Origin: Setoptus koraiensis
Lineage: Eukaryota; Animalia; Arthropoda
DNA length: 64,000 nt
Direction: 5' to 3'
Assembly (NCBI GenBank): GCA_048013815.1
Contig: CM106585.1
Span: forward strand, 18,600,001 to 18,664,000
The notes under the pieces were generated by a model, which saw nothing but the letters and a program-made list of their open reading frames with translations, made no database searches and was not told where the DNA came from. Shown piece after piece: positions 1 through 11,762 of this stretch (the stretch's first letter is position 1; every line of letters begins with the position of its first letter). Made by a program: the position numbers and the translations under genes.

Positions 1-14
1 CCTCTCAGCTGGCC

Positions 15-3000
15 ATGCAGCTCCAGCAGCACCAGCAACTGCAACAAATTGCCAACCTGATGACCCAAAACGCGCCCACGCAACAGCAGCAGCAACAGCA
101 GCAGCAGCAACAGAAGCAACTATTTGCGGACAACCAGAAGCTGGAGCAGCTCAAAAACAAGGAGAAACACGAACAGTCGGCCGTGGCCAGCCAAGAGGTC
201 AAGGAGCACTTGGCCGGATTCATATTATCCAAGCGGCAGTTGTCACAGCAGCAGCAGCAGCAGCACAGCACCCAATCCGGCGGCCAGCAACAGGAGCCCG
301 CCACCCAGTATCAGCTGCAGCAGCCGGTTGCGGTGGGCGCCGGTCACCGACAGCAACTGCACAGTTTGAGCCAGGACGGCCAGACGGGCGCCGGGCCGGA
401 CGCGACGGGCAAGCAGCTGCAGCAGCAAAGTTGCAACAGTGATAACACGGGCACGGGCCACAAGTACACCGTGCCCTCCAGGTACCAGGCCATCAAGAGC
501 GGCTCCGACGATTATCCGCTCAGGAAGACCGCCTCGGAGCCGTCGCTGCCGCTGAAGGCGCAATCGTCGCTGAAAAAGAAACAAATTGAGCGCAGGAGCA
601 CGGTGAGTCCGCTGCTCAAGCGAAAAATAGCCGCCGCCGTGGCTAGACGACGCATACAATTGACGCAACAGTCCCAATCGATGGATTACACAACCACCAA
701 CGCAAGCACGCCGGCGACAGCAACAGCAAACAACAGCAACACGAGCAGCAGCGCCAGCGAACCGCCAACCACATCAACGACAACATCGTCGGCGCCCAGC
801 ACGTGCCGGCAGCAATCGTACTCGCCGTCGCCCCCACTGAATCACCATCATCAACCGCACCAGCATCAGCATCATCATCATCGGCATCACCAGTACAGAT
901 CGCACAGTCACCGGGACGTCGAGGTGCCCATGGATTACGACACCCTGAGCAGCAGCCAGAATCCGTATGTCATATGGCAGCGGTGGCAACTGCAACAGCT
1001 CGGCGTCGATATGACAAACAACAGCAACAACAACAACAACAACAACAGCGCAACAAACAAATCGCCGGCGCCCGCGAACAAGGCTCCCCAAGCGAGGCAC
1101 AGGTACAACTCGTTGCACCAAGACTGCACTGTTGACAACAATGTGACAGACAAGACGGAGCTAAGTGGCCACTCAATCAGCGCCAACATGACAGCTAGCC
1201 ATCATATGGCCCCAGCTGCCGGTGGTCAGCTGTCGATGTTGGCGGCCAGTAATCGGCATCACAACTCCATCAGTCAGCCACTGTTGAGCAGGGCCCAGAG
1301 CAATCCGCACCTACAACAGTCGCTGTTATACCAGCAGCACCAACAGCAGCAGCACCACCGGCAACAACAACAGTCACCAAATAGGACAGTGAGCAAATGT
1401 TTCATTCCATCTAGGAACTCATCCACAAACACCGCCAATACCTCAAATCCGAGCAACGCTGGTGCCGTCGACTGTGGGGCCCTGCTGGCGCATTCCGTCA
1501 CCAAAAAACAGTCACCCACAACTTATCCCATATTCGCAGACAGTCCAGACGACGGCATCCAGACCACTGCCAGCGGCAGCAGCAACAACAACAACAACAG
1601 CACCAGCAGTAACAACAGCACCACTGGCAACAGTGGTAGCAACAGATCAATTTTAGCCAGCCAACTGCAGCAGCCAACAACCGGCGACAAAACAATAGCG
1701 GCAGCAGCAACAACAGCGACGTCAAATTTAGACCAACAGCAGCAGGCCATTTTGGCCAAATTGCTCGAGCAGCAACAACAACACCAGCACGTTAAACAGC
1801 AGGTCAGACAGACAGTGTTACAAAGGAGCTCGAGCAAAACAAAAGTATTTCACAACATTGGCGGCGGGGGCAGCCTAGACAGAGAGCTTAAATCAATTGA
1901 ATCCAGACAGTGGTCGCTGGACTCGTCGTCGTGCAAGCCCAGCAGCGGCGGCGGCGGTCTGTATAACCAAAAACTGGTCACCAATTCAATCAAGAATCTG
2001 GCCAGCAGAACGAGAGACAATCCAGCGGCGGCAACAGCAGCAGCCAGCAACAAACAACAGAGTAGCAGCAGATATATTCACAATGCACAAATGTCAATGC
2101 CAATGTCGTCCATTTCTTCCGGGTGCCCATCTCAACAACAACAGCAGCAGCAGCATCAATTGCAGCAAGCTCATCATCATCATTCGTTGCCAATGAATCA
2201 CGGTCTAGCCAGACCATTGCCGCTGTCGTTGGCGCACAGAAATCAGCAGCATTCGTCGTCGTCGTCGTCGACATCGTCATTGTTGTCGCAACAAGACTCG
2301 CTAGACGACACCAGTTTATCTCAGGTGATTGATTTGACACTTAACAGTGATTCCAAGAACAAGACAACAAGCAGCCAACAAAGCAAGCCTTGCTCTTCTT
2401 CTTCTGCTTCCACCCTAATTGATAATAATACAAACAAAATTGAATTGGACGAGTCCGATTTAACCGCGCGAAGCGTCAAAGACGCATTCAGACAATTAGA
2501 ATTGCGCTCGGGCCACATCCAAGCCGCCACCCCGCAGCAACCATCAACCAGTAACCATCCAGCCAGCAATTTGTTTGGCGCTCATCCATCAAATGTAGTG
2601 GCGGGCATAAATCTAACTGGTGGGGGCAACAAGTTATCCACCAGTCAGACATTGCTCCAAGAATTGGACTCTTTCCGATCGAGAATCGATTCGAACGCCT
2701 TGTTGACCAACGCAGCAGCAGCGGCGGCATCAACGGGCAACTTTGATCCAAATCTGGCCGCCGCTCACCTGAACGCCCTGAGATTGTCAGCGTCATCGCT
2801 GACGTCAATAACTCCATCAACAACACCCACGCCGGGATCTTCGATGGCGCAACAATTAGGAGCGGCAGTGTATCAATTTCCATCGTCGCAAATGAATCAA
2901 AGTCACACAACAGTGGCAACAAAACAGCAACAACAACAAGACAATAACAATGATATTCTGCCGTATGCTAATTACTTTTTGCCACCTACAAACAATCAAT

Positions 3001-5338
3001 ACAATCAGTATAGCAATATTGACGATTATTTGAGACATTTCAGACAGGCCAAGACTATTGAGGCGGCCACCGCAGGCAGCGCAACAAATCCTTATTGTGC
3101 CTCCAGCGCTAACAGTCAATCGATCGATTACTCAACGTTGTCTCAATTGGCATTCCTCAATCAATCGATTGATGCGACAACAATGTCGTCGACACCCTCT
3201 AGTTTAAGTAGCGTACTACAGCTACAATGTAGACTGGCCGGCGCTACCGGAAGTCAGCCACAACACCATCAGCACCAGCATCAGCAGCACCAGCAACATT
3301 CAATTGCTGGCATTGCTTGCAGTGACCACCAACAAGAATCGTCGAGCTCGTTGCAAATGGACCTGTCCAAGCCTACGCCAATACTTCAGCGAACCCTATC
3401 AACGCCATTGATTGGTATTATTGCACACAACAACAAAGAGGTCCCTGGCACGGCCACCACGTCAATTCATGATCATCATGGCATCAAGCCCAACAGTCAA
3501 CAAATAATTGGCTCTGTCGTGGATGCCAGAATTGACGATCTCTACAAGGACAACCTATGTGATCCAACCGGCAGCATCAGGAGTATGGCCAATCAGCAGA
3601 ATTTCAGCGTTGACATTGACTCTCAGCAACAATGCTCAAATGTGCTGTTCAATCCAGATTCCACTACGGCCATCGCTTATGATCCATCGATGAACAAACA
3701 CCAGTGCATTTGCGCCAACAATTTAAACCACCCAGAGAACAGTCTTCGCGTTATTTCAATTTGGGACAGATTTTTGGAGACCGGCTTGGCGGCCCGTTGT
3801 GCAAAAGTCAGATCGCGACGTGCGACTCTCGACGAGCTACAGCTCTGTCACAGGTAGGCGCCCCATCTCACGATGACATGCCTTTCAACTGACTCTCATT
3901 CTCTCTCTCACTTGCTCACAAGTAATTACAATCAAAAATTTCATATCTCACGTCCATCACAACTCACGATACCATCATAACAGTGAAACGTACACTTGCT
4001 ACTTCGGTTTGAGCCCGTTGCAACGCAACAAACTCGGGGGTCTCAATCTGCAGGATCTTCCGCTCGAAGGACTAACCTTACTGTCTTGCGGAGGTCTAGG
4101 TGTGGACATAGATACCACCTGGAATGAACTTTATACACCGACTGCCGCCAGAATAGCCACAGGTTGTGTGATAGAGGCAGCTATAAGCGTTGCCAAAGGA
4201 CAATACAAGAACGCATTTGCGGTCGTCCGACCTCCAGGTAACAACAGCGCTATTTATCTAACTTTACTTAAGCTTTTTCGATATGTCCATGTTCAAACGA
4301 TTGATTTTGTTGAATCCGTGTTTTATTCCTTTGGCTCATAGGTCACCACGCTGAACAATCGCAAGCGATGGGTTTCTGCTACTTCAATTCGGTGGCTGTT
4401 GCCGCAAGAGTGCTAAATACCAAATACAACATGGAAAAAATTTTGATTGTCGACTGGGACGTCCATCACGGAAATGGAATACAAAAGATATTCTATGAGG
4501 ATCCCAACGTTCTCTATATCTCATTACATAGGCACGATGAAGGAAATTTCTTCCCCGGCACAGGCGACATTCAGGAGGTCGGCGCTGGTAAGGGTATCGG
4601 CAAGACAATCAACATCGCTTGGTCCAGTGATATTAATGAGGTGGCAATGATGGGCGACGCTGAATATTTGGCAGCCTTCAGGAGTATAGTGTTGCCCATA
4701 GGTAGAGAATTTAATCCATCTATAGTGTTAGTTGCGGCGGGTTTTGATGCAGCCGACGGCCATCCTCCCAATTTCGGGGGCTACAAATTAACGCCAGCCT
4801 GCTTCGCCCAAATGACCAAACAATTGATGTCCTTAGCAGAAGGAAAAGTTGTTTTGATACTGGAGGGAGGGTAAGTCAAAGTTGGCTAGTGTATCTTATT
4901 CATTTATCGTCGTATAGCCATACTAATCCAACCATCACACTATGTTGATATTGTTACAGTTACGAAATAAAGGGACTATGCGATTGCGCCCAAGCTTGCC
5001 TATCAACCCTACTTGGGGACAAGACAGATAACATCAAAGATGAAGAGCTGAAAAGAAAGGCCATCCTACCAGCCAGGGAAACTTTACACAAGGTTGCAGG
5101 TGTTGCAGGTATGTAATTGTGTAATTATATTGCGCTACTCTCTAATTTTAATTCATGATTTATATTTGATCTTACATCATAATTAATAAATATCTGTGAT
5201 ATCTTGAATTGAATTGATACTCCTTTCAAAATAGTTTATTTTTGGCCAAGTATCAGGAAGAATATTAACGCCATAGAGTGCTCAGCTTTTGACGCAATAT
5301 TAAAGGAACAGGAGGAAACCGTCGATATTTCTAGTTAG
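15..5338 (+). CDS. HDAC4: Class IIa histone deacetylase (HDAC4/5/7-like); exons 15-3853, 3984-4237, 4342-4870, 4960-5108, 5235-5338; probably 5'-partial (frame open to the window edge)
   Basis: MEF2-binding-like segment [18 protein letters not shown], 14-3-3 site RKTASEP, basic NLS-like stretch. Deacetylase domain motifs [30 protein letters not shown] and LEGGY. GT-AG introns keep the frame (4875 nt, 1624 aa from Met15). Confidence 0.93.
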
Positions 5339-5342
5339 TCAT

Positions 5343-6400
5343 TCAATCTCGGTGGCGCTTCATAGCTGGCCCTCCGGAAGAAGTACATGTTCTTTTTCGA
5401 GAATCAACGTGCCGGTGGTATTCATCAGCTATAAATTGATTAAGTTCCATCAATTCCTCCTCTGACTTGATGTTGGTAGTTGTGGTAGTTCGATCATCAA
5501 TTGCACGATTCTGATTGGGCGAGTTACTATTGCTAGAAGGAGAGCGCTTATGACCTGGTCCACGATTTAAACCTACAATTGAGAGGATAATAATTTAGGA
5601 GGAAGAAAGAAAACGGTGACGTGGTGTTAGTTGGAGCACGGAATCGCTAACTAAAGATATGGTTCTCAGTGATACAGTGAAAGCCGTAAAAAAATGTTTA
5701 CCTCTTGATATAGATAGAGCCTCCCTAAATGTTTGCATATCATCATCACCATTGCCGAGTAGAGCCTGTACTGGGGGTGGTGAGTCACATCCTAGATTTA
5801 ATTGATTGACGGCTAGTATGGCTGAGACTGGCTCAGAATTATCGCTCACACTATTATCGGATGTCATGTGGTGTGATTGGTGTTTTGAGGCGTGAAGCTT
5901 ATGCTTTTTCAGCCAGCTGGCCATCTCTTTAGTCCTTCGACGGCGTCCCACTTGATAGCCGATTCTGGCAAATCGTTTCTGGGATTCTATGCAGTCCTTG
6001 TACAGCGTAGTCAGATTACTGGCGGCATTCTGAAAGGGTGCCCAGGGTGAAGTGTTTTGATTACGATCTACAGAGAGACGATCGGATAAGATAGTAGAAT
6101 AAGATTGGTCGGAAGATAAAGAAAAATGTTGTTAATGATAATACTAATAATAATAAAAGAAATTGTTATAAAAACATAAACGCAAAATTGCTTATAGATG
6201 AGTGTGAATATCATTAGAATATCGTTGGTGCCGGGTGACCTACCTTTGTATAATTGAGCTATACAGCAGGCGGCGTTCTGAAACGACGACCACAATTGGG
6301 TGTTGCACCGTCTTTGTTCTAGCTCGATTTGATCGTCCAAACTGTCCAAATCATCGTTATCCGTAACAAATTCCGAAGGCTGTAAATCGAGGTCGTCCAT
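5343..6400 (-). CDS. HAPSTR1: HAPSTR1/C16orf72-like protein; exons 6400-6244, 6067-5702, 5572-5343 (250 aa)
   Basis: Twin motifs LWSSFQNAACCIAQLYKD and WAPFQNAASNLTTLYKD, then GYQVGRRRRTKEMASWLKK, DMQTFREAL and C-terminal LNQFIADE...KRHRD. Joined by frame-preserving GT-AG introns. Confidence 0.85.
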
Positions 6401-7272
6401 TGTGTGCACATATAAATGGCTAATAATAACGAATATAAATTTGTTGTATCGGACAATAAATGGTTGGATGTATTTGCGTTGAGCCGTTCAAATATATGAG
6501 TGTGTGTGTGTGTGTGTGTGTTTGTGTGTGAAAGTGTGTGTGGCTATGTAAATCTGTTTGTTGCGTATTATATCCGATGCAGTAGCTAGCACAAGGCGAC
6601 GACGACGATGATAATATTAATGAGTGATGTTACTATTAATTCAATAAATTGTGATAGTAGTGTGAATTGATGCTCCAATAATGTGCCTGTGTTGTAATAA
6701 TGCGACGGCGATTGTAGGAGGTGAATTAATTGATTGAATTAATAGATAAATGAGGAGAGTAGTGGTTGTGAAGGTGGTTGTTGTTTTATTTTTTACAATA
6801 AAATAAAATATAGAATAATAATAACAACAGTGGTAGTGTTGGTGTAGTTGTGCGAATCGAAATGAACAACAACACACAAAATACAAGACGAATCGTAGAA
6901 GTAATGTCTGTGTGTGTGTGTGTGTGTGCGTTGGTACAGTAGACAGGCAAGTCGCTGTGCCTCTCTGTGGCAGCAGCAGCAGCAGCAGCAGTAGCAGTGC
7001 TAGCAGTGCCAGTAGCAGTGAGTGAGTTTGAAAAGTCGCGCAGCGCTATGCTGTCACTAGAAATGTGCACAGCATGTGCAGTCCGATGCAGCGGGTGTAC
7101 AGTTTTGCATTGGCTCGGGTGCAGTGCCGACTCTAATGGCTGTTGGCTGGCTGGTCGGTAGTGCTGTTATAGCAAGATGTTGCGCACTTGAGAACATGCG
7201 ACTTACTTGTCAGCGCAAGTTGCTGGTGGGCAGCGAAAAAGACTAGCCTTTCGCACCAATATTTAAACATCT

Positions 7273-7344
7273 GGTCGCGTGGTGTAGTGGTTAGCATATA
7301 CGGCTCTGATCCGTTTGACATGAGTTCGAATCTCATCGCGACCT
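7273..7344 (+). tRNA. tRNA-Gln, anticodon CTG
   Basis: Cloverleaf: acceptor GGTCGCG/CGCGACC, D arm GTGTAGTGGTTAGCAT, anticodon arm TACGG-CTCTGAT-CCGTT (one T:T mismatch), T arm ATGAG-TTCGAAT-CTCAT, discriminator T. Confidence 0.9.
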
Positions 7345-7349
7345 AAAAC

Positions 7350-7354
7350 TTTTT
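7350..7354 (+). terminator. Pol III oligo(T) terminator of the tRNA gene
   Basis: TTTTT starting 6 nt after the tRNA 3' end. Confidence 0.6.
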
Positions 7355-7663
7355 GCTTCATTTGCGCGCCCCCTTCCAGCCGATCGTTGCCGGTACTGCT
7401 TCCCGCCTCCCCCACACACACGTTCATTCCGAATAATTCTTTGGCCATAACAAATGTGTTATTATTGTTTCAATACATGCTTGTCTATCACACTAGAATC
7501 TAGTGACTAGATCAGTACTGTCTTTTGTTATTACATTGTATTGCATTCTCAAGCTAGCCCAATTTATCACTCGCCGGCTCGTATATTATGGATTTGGCTT
7601 CATTTACAGCCACTCACAGTAACACTTAAAAATAAAAACAAGTTCCCCATCCACCAGAGCAGA

Positions 7664-9967
7664 ATGACCGCACGAACGCCCAGGCACGATAAAACCCAGC
7701 TCGTCTATCTGGAAGAGATACACGAGGCGCTGAGAAATATAGATAGGATCAACTATAAGCTCTATCACGTTATCGGCATATTCAAGTACGAGGAGACTCT
7801 CGGCAAGGACGTGCACATTTGGAATCTTGTCGATGAAACATGCCCGGACGGACTGAAAATATGCCTCAGGGGCCTGTATGGCACATACCCGAAACCAAAA
7901 ACGGGTGACATAGTCAGAATACACAGGATCAGATTGAAAACGGGCCAGCAATATCCCGAATGTCCACAACCCAACAATGTTGTCCTGTGGCGAACATTTA
8001 CCGGTGCCGATATAACGCAATATGAGAGTCTCGCTAAATCTCCTACTGTCACTCCTGCTGAATTGGAGAGGAGAGAAAAATTAGAATCCTATGTACCCTA
8101 CACTAAAATATCTGACATTTGTTCATTAAACACCGATCACATAGACATTGCCGGCCGGGTGGTGGCAACAAACTCCTGCGATGGCAATTATCGCAATCAT
8201 GCTATTCAATTGATGGACGGCACCCAACCAACAGGTACGTGGGAAAGTTTCTATCAAGACAAAATTCTAAATCCAGCCACCCGTTCTGCCGCAGACACTA
8301 TCACAGTTAAGGTATATTCCAAACAGACCCCATACGATGTTGACGATCACATTAACGTGGCCTTGGCCTTGAAAGAGGGCGATTTAGTCTACATGACCAA
8401 CGTTAAAATACTCAAGATCAATAATAAATACAAATTTGAATTGGGCTCAAATCACAAGTTCGGCAAATGCATCCGTCTCGTGCACCCTTCCAGCTTGTTT
8501 GGTCAGGTCGTTTTGATGAATTTAAAAAGGATTGAGCCCGACATGGATGAGGATTGTTTCTCTGATGACTCCTCACAGATGACAGACATCTACAATCATA
8601 TTAATCTTCAGGCGTTGACAGAAAGCCAAGCTTCAATCCAAGATGCTCAGCAGGAACGTGAAACTGCTCATGAACAAAATATGGATCTAAACGGAAGCAA
8701 AGTTGCGGATTCACTGAATGTAACTCAAAACGCAATCAATGTAACACAAGTTGAACTTCAACAAGATGCAACTTCTAACGATACCCGTATCAGCCAAGTT
8801 GTAGATCCACAAAGTTCAAATCAGAGTTCAAACAACAACTCCATCCATAATATATCTAGTGGACCTAACAACATTTCCGACAGTATTTTCGACGATTCCA
8901 TTCAATCTTCAGGCGAGCCAGTTTCTAGACCGCAGGAAGAAGTATCAATCTTAGAAGCGCGTCCCGTGTCTCAACCTAGACAGACTACTAGGGAAGTGTT
9001 AAAGCTAGATTCGGTGATCAGATCTCTCAAAGAAAAGGATACGAATAAAATAGTAGACATATTTGGAATATTTGTGTTTGAGGACCTTCTTAGCCAGGCC
9101 TGCCGGATATGGAAACTAATGGATGAGTCATGTCCAGATGGTATTAAAATTAGATTAGTCGGTCCCCATCAACCCTTTCCTAGGCCGCTCAACGGAGATA
9201 TTATCAGAATACATCGATTAGAAATCAAGTATGGGACTGCTTATCCTGAGTGTTCACAGCCAGCAAATATCGTGGTTTGGCCTGGTTTTGAAGCTGCCGA
9301 TTGTCCTCATATAAGTGTCTCACGAAATCCTACTATTACTCAAGAAGATTTAACGCGCAAGTCAGACTTGGAGCAATTTTTCTCTTTTACTAGAGTCGAA
9401 GACATCGGACCTAGCACGGGTAGTCATGTAAACTTAGCAGGCAAAATAATTGCATTGAATCCCTGTGACGAAGCATACGGAAATTTCGTGATACAGATAT
9501 TCGATGGATCAAGATTCAGAGCTCCCTTTCATTGTGTTTTCTCGGAATCAATCGAGCCTAAACCCAGCGTAGATAAAAGGATACTCGATAATTCTATAAT
9601 TGTTAAAATTTACTCCAAACAGAGGGGCAGTGATACAGATGCTCACGTCAACACCGCACGAGCACTTAAAGTAAACGACTTCGTTTATATAGCCAATGTT
9701 AGAATGACATGGGTCAGCGGAAGAATTAAATTTGAGTTGTCGTCTAACCTACTTTTCGGGAAATGTGTTCGCAAGATAGATAAAAGAAGTATAATTGGAG
9801 AGATGATATCAAGAGACGTGGACATACTAAGCTTCAATGAAGTTGACATGGTTGGTGCTGAGTCTTTCGAGGAGAATTTATCTCGTACATCTACAATAAC
9901 ATCAAATAATTCTAATATATCCAACTACTCTAATTTATCAAACTATGAAGATTGCGCCAGTGCTTAG
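7664..9967 (+). CDS. POT1: POT1-like single-stranded telomere-binding protein with a duplicated OB1-OB2 module (767 aa from first ATG), intronless
   Basis: OB1-like LVDETC...GDIVRIHRIRLK resembles POT1 GDIVRFHRLKI. OB2-like DIAGRVV...QLMDGT...ITVKVY..DHINVALALKEGD...KFELGSNHKFGKCIR follows. The whole unit recurs at about 8996-9830. Confidence 0.78.
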   Translation: MTARTPRHDKTQLVYLEEIHEALRNIDRINYKLYHVIGIFKYEETLGKDVHIWNLVDETCPDGLKICLRGLYGTYPKPKTGDIVRIHRIRLKTGQQYPECPQPNNVVLWRTFTGADITQYESLAKSPTVTPAELERREKLESYVPYTKISDICSLNTDHIDIAGRVVATNSCDGNYRNHAIQLMDGTQPTGTWESFYQDKILNPATRSAADTITVKVYSKQTPYDVDDHINVALALKEGDLVYMTNVKILKINNKYKFELGSNHKFGKCIRLVHPSSLFGQVVLMNLKRIEPDMDEDCFSDDSSQMTDIYNHINLQALTESQASIQDAQQERETAHEQNMDLNGSKVADSLNVTQNAINVTQVELQQDATSNDTRISQVVDPQSSNQSSNNNSIHNISSGPNNISDSIFDDSIQSSGEPVSRPQEEVSILEARPVSQPRQTTREVLKLDSVIRSLKEKDTNKIVDIFGIFVFEDLLSQACRIWKLMDESCPDGIKIRLVGPHQPFPRPLNGDIIRIHRLEIKYGTAYPECSQPANIVVWPGFEAADCPHISVSRNPTITQEDLTRKSDLEQFFSFTRVEDIGPSTGSHVNLAGKIIALNPCDEAYGNFVIQIFDGSRFRAPFHCVFSESIEPKPSVDKRILDNSIIVKIYSKQRGSDTDAHVNTARALKVNDFVYIANVRMTWVSGRIKFELSSNLLFGKCVRKIDKRSIIGEMISRDVDILSFNEVDMVGAESFEENLSRTSTITSNNSNISNYSNLSNYEDCASA

Positions 9968-9995
9968 CTTAATATTGATAACGATTACACAGGGG

Positions 9996-10500
9996 TTACT
10001 TTTTTACGGTGAAGCTTTCTCCACAACCACACATACCGGTGATATTTGGGTTACTAAAAACAAATTCAGAAGAAATTTTAGTATCAACGTAGTCCATTTC
10101 TGATCCGATCAGAGTTAATTGCGCTTTCCTATCGATGAGGATTTTGACGTCGTCCTTTACAATTTCCACATCGTGCTTTTCAGCAGTTGTGGCGTAATCT
10201 AGTGTATATGTGAGCCCACTACAACCTCGTTGTTTAACGCCTATCCTCAAGCCAACTGCATCGGGCCTGTTTTTGAGCAAATGTTTTATTCTCGCAATGG
10301 CAGAATCTGTCTAGAGAGTATCGATATGATAGTGACGTTGTAAGAAAGTTAAAAATTAAATTAAATGTTGATCGGATTATAACAGTGCAATGTCGTCGAT
10401 TTAATTGTTTCCTACTTACAAAAGATAAGGCAGATCTAGGATTGTTTGACTTGGTCATGTGTTTGACTGTTGCTGAGATCACCCGACCAGAGGCACTCAT
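9996..10500 (-). CDS. ISCA1: Iron-sulfur cluster assembly 1, mitochondrial; exons 10500-10420, 10310-9996 (131 aa)
   Basis: ALSF/TDSAIARIKHLLK, GVKQRGCSGLTYTL and SEFVFSNPNITGMCGCGESF. GTAAGT...TAG phase-0 intron. Confidence 0.95.
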
Positions 10501-11574
10501 AATGACGAGCAATAGTGATACAACCGAGATGTGTTTAGAGAAGAGATTTGAAGCAATCTCTCTAGTTGGATGGTCTAGATTGATATTTGGGTAGAGGACA
10601 ACATGTTTGACTAAACATGATGATAACTGTTTTGTTTTTATTATGTCAACACGTCTATACTATATGGACACGGCGGGCATAAAGTACAAGTGTAGCGAAT
10701 AACAGCAGCAAGAGATGACATGGGGGGGGATGCGATGAAATGAGAGGGGGTGGGTAGGCCATACTGATAGCGTTGCGGAAAAATTGTCACCATGTTTAAA
10801 TATGGCGCCCACCTGATTGAACGGAGACGCGCGCATGAGGTGAACATTTATAAGGGTGAAAAAGAATAGTTTGCATTTTGAACTGGTATAGCCTAGGCCT
10901 GACTTCCATAGTGTATCGTCATGAAGCATTGTGAAAGGTAAGGGAATGCATTTAGGCTGTGCAGCGAGTGCCACATTTACTAGCACTACAATTGGATGAA
11001 TAAGGTTAAGGACCGCACACGAAATGTACTAGGAAAGCGACCACTAGCACAGAGTGTATCTTTACTCTATCTGTGCGCGATTAGTCCCAATGTAGATCTT
11101 AAACATAATATCGATCTGTGAGCCTTTAGAGATAAAAACTGTGCTTTTTTGATTCTTTTAGAGCAATCACAAATGATCTCCTTACAGAGACTTGGACCAT
11201 GTCAAAAATTTTCTCTTCTACACACTCGGCTCTGTAGAATCGTCGTCTGACTTCTAACAAATTACAACGCTACAGTAATAATAACTGCGATCGTCTCACA
11301 TTATTATTATTATCATCATATTACTAATTAATTACTATTACACTTTGCAGTGATTGTGTGGTTAACAAACAGGTTATTACTATTACTATTATTATTATTA
11401 ATATTAATATTATTGTAGTTATTTCACAATTACTATCAATTGGCAAAATCACCTTAGATTCCTGGACAAATTCACACACAATAGGCTCGCTTGATATTGA
11501 TCACTTATAACGATAACAGTAAACGGTAAACAAAACAATTATATTCCATTTCGAGGCGGGCTATTCTAACGGGT

Positions 11575-11729
11575 ATGGATACCTCCAAGCAGAAGCAAGC
11601 TAGGATAAAACAATTAAAATTAAAACTTAGAAATGAAGAACACAGGCTAATCTTGCTGAAAAGATTACGCCTATCACAAGCGCGTTCAGTAAAACAACAA
11701 CAACAACAACAATTACAACAGTTAGTACA

Positions 11730-11762
<33 letters not shown>

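Noticed and set aside
7541-7663. N-terminal extensions in the supplied ORF track (also USE1 47456, TIM23 48282, HAPSTR1 6409, mannosidase 52930)
   Set aside because: They rely on TTG/GTG starts or run through likely UTR or intron sequence; homology begins at downstream ATGs.
10660-10986. 108-aa minus-strand ORF between ISCA1 and GATAD2
   Set aside because: Non-ATG start, no recognisable motif, lies in a divergent promoter region.
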